Assembly (NCBI GenBank): GCA_014381725.1
Contig: JACNLC010000085.1
Coordinates: 12,569 to 76,568 of the forward strand
Source: Fidelibacterota bacterium
GTDB lineage: Bacteria; Fidelibacterota; Marinisomatia; SCGC-AAA003-L08; JACNLC01
Length of the DNA: 64,000 nt
Reading direction: 5' to 3'
Shown: positions 58,165-64,000 of the stretch, in pieces
How the letters are laid out: each line of letters starts with the position of its first letter
Position numbering within the stretch: the stretch's first letter is position 1
Translations under genes and position numbers: made by a program
Notes under the pieces: generated by a model
The model's input: only the letters and a program-made list of their open reading frames with translations
Database searches by the model: none
What the model was told of the DNA's origin: nothing

Positions 58165-59301
58165 ATGAAATCAATTTTTAAAATTCAAAAATTAAATTCT
58201 ACTACATCTGCAAGAGCAGGAGTTGTTCAAACAGGTCACGGAGAAGTAGAAACTCCATTCTTTATGCCGGTTGGAACTTATGGTGCTGTCAAAACACAAT
58301 CCTCAGAAGAAATAGCAGATTTACCAAGTAAAATATTATTGGGAAATACTTACCATTTATTTCTTCGCCCGGGAACTGAAATTTTGCAACAAGCTGGTGG
58401 TCTTCACGGATTTATGAATTGGGATGGTGCTATTCTGACAGATTCTGGAGGATTCCAAATTTTCAGTTTGGAAGGTTTTCGTAAGATAACTGATGATGGC
58501 GTAACCTTTCAGTCACACCTTGATGGCTCAAAACACCATTTTACTCCGGAGCGTATTGTTGACATTCAAAGAATTATCGGCTCAGATTTTATGATGATGC
58601 TCGATGTTTGTCCGCCAGGTGACGCTGATAATAAAGTCTGGATGGATGCTCTAAAACAGACAACCGCTTGGGCAAAACGCGGGATGGAACATTATCGAAA
58701 TTCCGAACCGATTTATGGTTACCACCAAATTTTATTACCAATAGTTCAAGGAGGGACAAATTCTGAAATGCGAAAACAGTCTGCTGACGAACTAGTTGAA
58801 CTAAATGCAGAAGCTTATGCAATCGGTGGACTTGCTGTTGGTGAACCTAAACCTAAAATGTTAGATACTGTTCAGTTGATGGATGAGTGTTTACCTAAAG
58901 AGAAACCACGATATTTAATGGGAGTTGGAACCCCTGCTGATTTAGTGCGAAATGTAGCTCGTGGAGTTGATATGTTCGATTGCGTGATGCCTACGCGGAA
59001 CGCTCGAAACGGACAACTTTTTACCGCAAATGGAAAAATCAATATCCGTAATGCAAAATTTAAAAATGATTTTAATTGCATTGACGATTCTGGAATTTCT
59101 CCAATGTCAAAAATTTACACTAAATCATATTTACATCATTTGTTCAAAACTGAAGAAATTTTAGGATATCGAATTGCAACTCAGCAAAATTTGAAATTTT
59201 ATGTTTGGTTGATGAATAAAATGAGGAAAGAAATTCTTAATGAATCTTTTGAAAAATGGGCAAACGATTTTCTAATGTGTTACGAGGGAGAAAAGCTGTG
59301 A
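58165..59301 (+). CDS. tgt: tRNA-guanine(34) transglycosylase
   Basis: TPFFMPVGT, LGNTYHL, TDSGGFQ, GLAVGE and the zinc site CxC..C (CVMPTRNARNG...). Confidence 0.9.
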   Translation: MKSIFKIQKLNSTTSARAGVVQTGHGEVETPFFMPVGTYGAVKTQSSEEIADLPSKILLGNTYHLFLRPGTEILQQAGGLHGFMNWDGAILTDSGGFQIFSLEGFRKITDDGVTFQSHLDGSKHHFTPERIVDIQRIIGSDFMMMLDVCPPGDADNKVWMDALKQTTAWAKRGMEHYRNSEPIYGYHQILLPIVQGGTNSEMRKQSADELVELNAEAYAIGGLAVGEPKPKMLDTVQLMDECLPKEKPRYLMGVGTPADLVRNVARGVDMFDCVMPTRNARNGQLFTANGKINIRNAKFKNDFNCIDDSGISPMSKIYTKSYLHHLFKTEEILGYRIATQQNLKFYVWLMNKMRKEILNESFEKWANDFLMCYEGEKL

Positions 59302-59759
59302 CAAATATTGTTGTTAGAGTAATTGATTGCCACATCGTTCGGTGGAATAATGATATTCCAGAATTTTTGTTGTTGAAACGAGCGGATAATGTTATCTATC
59401 CAGGAATCTGGCAATGTGTTACAGGGAAAATTGAACAAAACGAAAAACCATATCAAACGGCTATCAGAGAATTACACGAAGAAACAGGATTGCAACCACA
59501 AGCAATGTGGACGATTGATCAAGTAAATCACTATTACGAAGCAGAATTGGATAGAATGAATTTTATTCCAATTTTTGGCGTGGAAGTTTCTGAGAGTAAA
59601 ATTTCTTTATCCGACGAACACACCAATTACAAATGGTGTCCAATCGAAGAAGCCTCAGATTTGCTTTTGTGGACACAACAAAAAAATGGATTACTTGAAT
59701 TTCACAATATGCTTACAACCAAAACAGAAAAATTGGATTTAACGAAAGTGAGTGTTTAA
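59298..59759 (+). CDS. NUDIX hydrolase
   Basis: Nudix box GKIEQNEKPYQTAIRELHEETGL. GTG 59298 overlaps the tgt TGA and follows GAGGGAG; the track's earlier ATG at 59256 lies inside tgt. Confidence 0.7.
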   Translation: MTNIVVRVIDCHIVRWNNDIPEFLLLKRADNVIYPGIWQCVTGKIEQNEKPYQTAIRELHEETGLQPQAMWTIDQVNHYYEAELDRMNFIPIFGVEVSESKISLSDEHTNYKWCPIEEASDLLLWTQQKNGLLEFHNMLTTKTEKLDLTKVSV

Positions 59760-61546
59760 TGAAAAATAAATTACTATCAATAATCATCTTAATTGCAATA
59801 TGGAATTGCGGAACTCTAACCAAAACTTCCTCATCTCCGGAAATTACTATTGAAGAATTACGAGAGCATATTGGATTTTTGGCATCGGACTCACTAAAAG
59901 GACGGAAACCAGGAACTCCCGAAGGTAGAATCTCTGCAGAATACATCACAGAGCAAATTAAAAATTGTGGATTCCAGCCAATAGGTGATAATGGTTGCCA
60001 GTATTTTGAAGTTGTTACATCTTTGAATTTAGGAATAAATAATTCTCTCAACTTTGGAAATTTCACAGGTGTTATCAACACAGATTTTACTCCACTGGGA
60101 TTTACCGCAAACGCATCTGTTTCTGCTCCAGTAGTTTTTGCTGGATATGGATTTAACATAAACGAAGATTCTCTAAAGTGGAACGATTATTCTAATATTG
60201 ATGCATACGGGAAATTGGTTATTATTCTAAGAGGTGATCCTGAACTTGAAAATTCGGAAAGCAAATTTATCCCATATTCTTCCGAAAGAAAAAAAGTGAT
60301 GATTGCACAAGATTTTGGTGCGGTTGGAGTTTTATTTGTTTCAGGTAATGAAATGGATGAGCAAGATGAACTATTACCACTAATTTATGATCAAGTTCCA
60401 TCTAGAGCTGAAATTTCTGCTATTCATATTACGCGAAATGTTGCCAATCAACTTTTGGGAAATTCATCTACTACAATTTCGGATTTAGAAGCAACGCTAA
60501 ATGCAAATAGAAATCCAATTTCTTTTGAGATTAATCAAATTATCAACGCTCAAACAGATGTTCAATTAACACCGGTAACAACACAAAATGTAGTTGCAGT
60601 TTTGCCTGGCTCTGACCAAATTTTAAAAGACGAATATATTCTATTGGGAGCTCATTATGACCATCTCGGATTTGGCGGCCCAGGAACAAGTTCAAGAACA
60701 CCGGAGCTTCACGAAATACACAATGGTGCGGATGATAATGCGTCAGGAGTTGCAGCAATTATTGAATTAGCAGAGAAACTTTCTGCTAATAGAAATAACA
60801 TAAAACGGAGTATTTTATTTATGTCTTTCGGAGCAGAAGAAATGGGACTTCTCGGTTCTAAATACTTTACTAAAAATCCGTTAATAGATTTAGAACAAAT
60901 AAAACTGGTTTTCAATCTTGATATGGTTGGTCGGCTGAAGCCTGATTCAAAAGAACTTATCATTGGCGGCACTGGAACAGCACCCGAAATGGAAGAATTT
61001 CTGAATACTCACTCATCTGAAAATTACTTTATTCCAAAATTTTCTCCGGGAGGTTATGGGCCATCCGACCACGCTTCATTTTACTTGAAAGACATTCCAG
61101 TTCTGTTTTTCTTTACAGGAGTTCACGATGAATATCATACTCCTGCTGATGATATTGAAAAAATCAATTTTGAAGGTGAAAAGCACATTGTAGATTTTGT
61201 TTACAGCTTGATTATGGATGCCACAAATCGCGAAACTAATCTTACATTCCAAGAATCCGGTCCAAAGGGGAATTCCGGCACTCGCAAAAAATACAAAGTG
61301 AAACTTGGAGTTGTTCCTGATTTCACATTTTCCGGTAATGGGTTTGGAATTGATGATGTTGTTGAAAATGGTCCTGCTCATATTGGAGGAATGCAAAAAG
61401 GTGATGCAATCATTTCAATGGAAGGGAAATCTGTCAGCAATATCTATGATTATATGAATCGATTGGCCGATTTCAAAGTTGGACAACGAATTAGCATAGA
61501 AGTGTTGAGAAATAATGAAAAAATAATTTTAATAGTTGATTTATAA
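59759..61546 (+). CDS. M28 family aminopeptidase with PA domain and C-terminal PDZ domain
   Basis: HYDHLGFGG, GADDNASGVAA, FGAEEMGLLGS, NLDMVG, GPSDHASF. C-terminal PDZ-like GFGIDDVVENGPAHIGGMQKGDAIISMEG. TAATG overlap with the NUDIX gene. Confidence 0.8.
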   Translation: MKNKLLSIIILIAIWNCGTLTKTSSSPEITIEELREHIGFLASDSLKGRKPGTPEGRISAEYITEQIKNCGFQPIGDNGCQYFEVVTSLNLGINNSLNFGNFTGVINTDFTPLGFTANASVSAPVVFAGYGFNINEDSLKWNDYSNIDAYGKLVIILRGDPELENSESKFIPYSSERKKVMIAQDFGAVGVLFVSGNEMDEQDELLPLIYDQVPSRAEISAIHITRNVANQLLGNSSTTISDLEATLNANRNPISFEINQIINAQTDVQLTPVTTQNVVAVLPGSDQILKDEYILLGAHYDHLGFGGPGTSSRTPELHEIHNGADDNASGVAAIIELAEKLSANRNNIKRSILFMSFGAEEMGLLGSKYFTKNPLIDLEQIKLVFNLDMVGRLKPDSKELIIGGTGTAPEMEEFLNTHSSENYFIPKFSPGGYGPSDHASFYLKDIPVLFFFTGVHDEYHTPADDIEKINFEGEKHIVDFVYSLIMDATNRETNLTFQESGPKGNSGTRKKYKVKLGVVPDFTFSGNGFGIDDVVENGPAHIGGMQKGDAIISMEGKSVSNIYDYMNRLADFKVGQRISIEVLRNNEKIILIVDL

Positions 61547-61586
61547 TATAAGCTACAATTTTCACAAATATACACGAATATTATTG

Positions 61587-62612
61587 ATGACAATTAACAA
61601 AAAATCAAAAAACGAACGAAAAACACTATACCAATGGACAGTCAGAAATTCTGTTCAACTTGGAGTGTTGCTCATTACCATTTTTATCGGGATACAATTT
61701 TATCTATATGTTCAGCAGGTTGTTGATGGCGATGTCATAACAATTTCACGACCTCCGGGAGTTGAAGGATTTCTACCAATCGGTTCACTAATTGGTCTTA
61801 AATATTGGTTATCAACCGGAACATGGGATTCAATTCACCCAGCAGGGATTGTAATTATGGGGTTTGCAATGCTAATCTCTTTATTCTTCAAAAAGGCATT
61901 TTGCGGGTGGTTTTGTCCCGTTGGAACAATATCAGAATGGTTATGGAAACTCGGGCGGAAAATATATGGAAAAAACTATCAGTTATCAAAATGGTTAGAT
62001 ATTCCACTAAGGAGCATTAAATATCTATTGATGCTGTTTTTTGTGTGGGCAATTTTGAAAATGAGCATCCCTGCATTAGCGGAATTTTTACAACTTCCAT
62101 ATTGGAAAGTTTCTGATGTGAAAATGTTGGCATTTTTCACTGATATGTCATTGGTTACTGGGATAATTCTAATTTATTTGGTTTTTATGTCATTGCTCAT
62201 TCGGAATTTCTGGTGCAGATATTTATGTCCCTATGGAGCATTTGTTGGATTGTTTTCGCTAATAAGTCCAACAAAAATTAAAAGAAATGAAGAATCGTGT
62301 ATTGACTGTAATCTTTGCGAACAGGCGTGTCCTGCATATTTGCCGGTGGACAAAAAATCGCAAATTTTAAGTGCAGAATGCACTGGGTGTATTTCGTGCA
62401 CTGAAGTTTGCCCTGTAAAAGATACACTCGAATTTCAGATGATTGGAGTAAAATCCAATTTTTGGTCACCCACAAAAATATCAATAGTTGTAGTTGGTGG
62501 CTTTCTTTTGTTTTTGGTTCTTGCCAGACTCACCGACCACTGGAACAGTTCTGTAACTCCAGATGAATTACAGAAGTTAATCCCGTTTATGGACGGGTTT
62601 GAGCATATTTAG
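61587..62612 (+). CDS. membrane 4Fe-4S binding protein (NapH/MauN/YccM-like)
   Basis: CGWFCPVGT and CRYLCPYGA membrane motifs, plus two ferredoxin motifs CIDCNLCEQACP and CTGCISCTEVCP. ATG 61587 (MTINKK) is preferred over the track's TTG 61536. Confidence 0.7.
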   Translation: MTINKKSKNERKTLYQWTVRNSVQLGVLLITIFIGIQFYLYVQQVVDGDVITISRPPGVEGFLPIGSLIGLKYWLSTGTWDSIHPAGIVIMGFAMLISLFFKKAFCGWFCPVGTISEWLWKLGRKIYGKNYQLSKWLDIPLRSIKYLLMLFFVWAILKMSIPALAEFLQLPYWKVSDVKMLAFFTDMSLVTGIILIYLVFMSLLIRNFWCRYLCPYGAFVGLFSLISPTKIKRNEESCIDCNLCEQACPAYLPVDKKSQILSAECTGCISCTEVCPVKDTLEFQMIGVKSNFWSPTKISIVVVGGFLLFLVLARLTDHWNSSVTPDELQKLIPFMDGFEHI

Positions 62613-62623
62613 GAAAAGATTTT

Positions 62624-63361
62624 TTACCAACTCCATACTAAATCAAAGACAGGAACAATATCCAAATCTTTTCCGTCAGTATATTCTCCATACACTAATT
62701 TATAACCCACAGCAGTTTGAAATCTATTTGACTTATTCCAAATTAACATAGATTTATGCTCAATAAATGTGGTGTTTGTGTCTTCTGGCAGATAAAAAAT
62801 ATCAACATCGGCTAAAATGTCCAACTTGCCAAAACTATGTCTAATATCCAGTCCTGAATTAAATCCGTGGCCATTGTAGAAAACATTTAGTCTTTGATAA
62901 ATCGTTGGAAATTCAATTTCAGTTCGTGAATCTAACTCACCTCCAAATTTAGTTGCAATTGAAAATCCTGCTTTTGCGGTGATTATGGTCGAGCTGAAAG
63001 ATTTTGTAACCAAAAGTTCCTGCCTTATCGATACCATATGTGGAATTCCCGGTATTGTTGGGTCTGGTGCAATCAATCCACCGGATCCTTCCCGAGTTAA
63101 TAATCTTAAAAGATAGGTCGGATAGTAAATTGAAAAGCGTGCAGCCGTGCCATCACCAACCTTATTTTTGATTGTTAAATTTGGCATTAAGAAAAATGCT
63201 AATGGATGAGTAGATAGCTCAACTTTTTCGGTCATCCCATATTTTAATGGTTGAAATAGTCCTACCTCAAATTGTCCTTTAGGAATAGTATTCGCAGTTT
63301 CTGAATTAGATAATGCTAAAATAAATGATAATGAAATTAATAATAATATTGTGTTTTTCAT
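62624..63361 (-). CDS. putative outer-membrane beta-barrel protein (unknown family)
   Basis: Signal peptide MKNTILLLISLSFILALS. Alternating strand pattern. C-terminal ...VFDLVWSW with a terminal aromatic. Confidence 0.4.
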   Translation of the reverse strand: MKNTILLLISLSFILALSNSETANTIPKGQFEVGLFQPLKYGMTEKVELSTHPLAFFLMPNLTIKNKVGDGTAARFSIYYPTYLLRLLTREGSGGLIAPDPTIPGIPHMVSIRQELLVTKSFSSTIITAKAGFSIATKFGGELDSRTEIEFPTIYQRLNVFYNGHGFNSGLDIRHSFGKLDILADVDIFYLPEDTNTTFIEHKSMLIWNKSNRFQTAVGYKLVYGEYTDGKDLDIVPVFDLVWSW

Positions 63362-63362
63362 C

Positions 63363-64000
63363 TTAATTCTCCAGTGATAATGTTGAGGTCAACGGTGCAT
63401 GATCAGATAAATCCATTGTTTCTTGATGTGTTGAATCTGAATTTTCTACCCAAGTTAAATTTGTAAACAAATAATCTAGTTTTCGGCTCCAAAAACCTTC
63501 AGGTGGACCTTGAACAGTATGAGAATAATGGTTAAATTGTGTTTCTTCAGTTGTTCCATATTTATCCAAAGTTACTGCGGGTTCATAATCTGTGTAGAAC
63601 TCATCTAACCACTCAGATTCTTCAGAATAATCGTCACCTTGAAAATCTTCATCCTCACAAATACTATCATCAAATTCGTTCACTTTTATTGTGTTTGGAG
63701 GTAACGAATTAAAATCTCCACCTGCTATAAATAATTCATCTGAACTATCCAAAAAATCAAGTTCATCTTTGAATTGATCTAGTTGCAATTTTTTTGTGCC
63801 ATCGTTCGAATAGGCAGATGCGTGTATATTTAATGCCCACAAATTATCATAGCCAAGCAAATCAATTTTTGCCTTCAAAATGTTTCGTTTGAGATAAAAA
63901 TACTGAGTCAGAGCATCATCTTCTGAAATGAGCGGTAAGGCAATTCTCTCTGCATCAGTAAGTGCCCATTTTGACAAAATTGCATTCCCAGATTCCATCT
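63363..64000 (-). CDS. endonuclease/exonuclease/phosphatase (EEP) family protein, C-terminal part (open to window edge)
   Basis: GNAILSKW, IAGGDFNS and the C-terminal LSDHAPL motif. The frame stays open to position 64000, so the N-terminus is outside the window. Confidence 0.65.
   Translation of the reverse strand, partial: MESGNAILSKWALTDAERIALPLISEDDALTQYFYLKRNILKAKIDLLGYDNLWALNIHASAYSNDGTKKLQLDQFKDELDFLDSSDELFIAGGDFNSLPPNTIKVNEFDDSICEDEDFQGDDYSEESEWLDEFYTDYEPAVTLDKYGTTEETQFNHYSHTVQGPPEGFWSRKLDYLFTNLTWVENSDSTHQETMDLSDHAPLTSTLSLEN

Noticed and set aside
1-64000. Window-wide search for tRNA, rRNA, IS elements, integrases, reverse transcriptases, toxin-antitoxin pairs or known defence genes.
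   Set aside because: I saw no T-loop/acceptor-type tRNA signatures (GGTTCGAATCC-like) and no rRNA-like conserved blocks. No ORF had transposase, integrase, RT, nuclease-ATPase or TA-like motifs. The window looks like core chromosome plus secreted-enzyme loci.

Overview
AT-rich bacterial chromosomal window using the standard genetic code (TGA is an ordinary stop in tgt, resB and others). It holds about 55 protein genes. I found no rRNA, tRNA, CRISPR array, transposase or integrase. Several cargo proteins end in NPFNP...QKLLLLK type-IX-secretion (T9SS) C-terminal sorting domains (CTDs). This, plus the peptidase-heavy content, suggests an uncultivated FCB-group-like lineage such as Marinimicrobia or Ignavibacteria; that taxonomy is a low-confidence inference. 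Housekeeping genes: valS (partial), coaE, adk, cdd, etfBA with a membrane Fe-S partner, iscX, copA, selD, resB/ccsA, lpxH-like, radA, tgt. Peptidases are strikingly abundant: M23, rhomboid, NfeD, S8, C10, two M1, M16, two TldD/PmbA pairs, M28 and an MA-like domain. Main second-look items: (1) selD carries an in-frame TGA at the catalytic Cys/Sec position with a SECIS-like hairpin, and the ORF track truncated it. (2) A six-gene minus-strand peptidase array runs TldD-PmbA-TldD-PmbA-M16-M1. (3) A ~231-nt direct duplication of the M23 gene tail, spacer and rhomboid start brackets ~400 nt that carry a small Cys-rich membrane gene and a start-less zinc-ribbon fragment. (4) Two adjacent T9SS cargo genes share a sharply bounded, near-identical 115-nt tract in their CTDs, and it starts at a perfect 22-nt palindrome. 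(5) An extra translationally coupled gene sits inside the resB-ccsA operon. (6) Several unusual outer-membrane fusion architectures are present. I cannot name one clear undescribed multi-gene system; the peptidase array and the T9SS CTD exchange are the best candidates.
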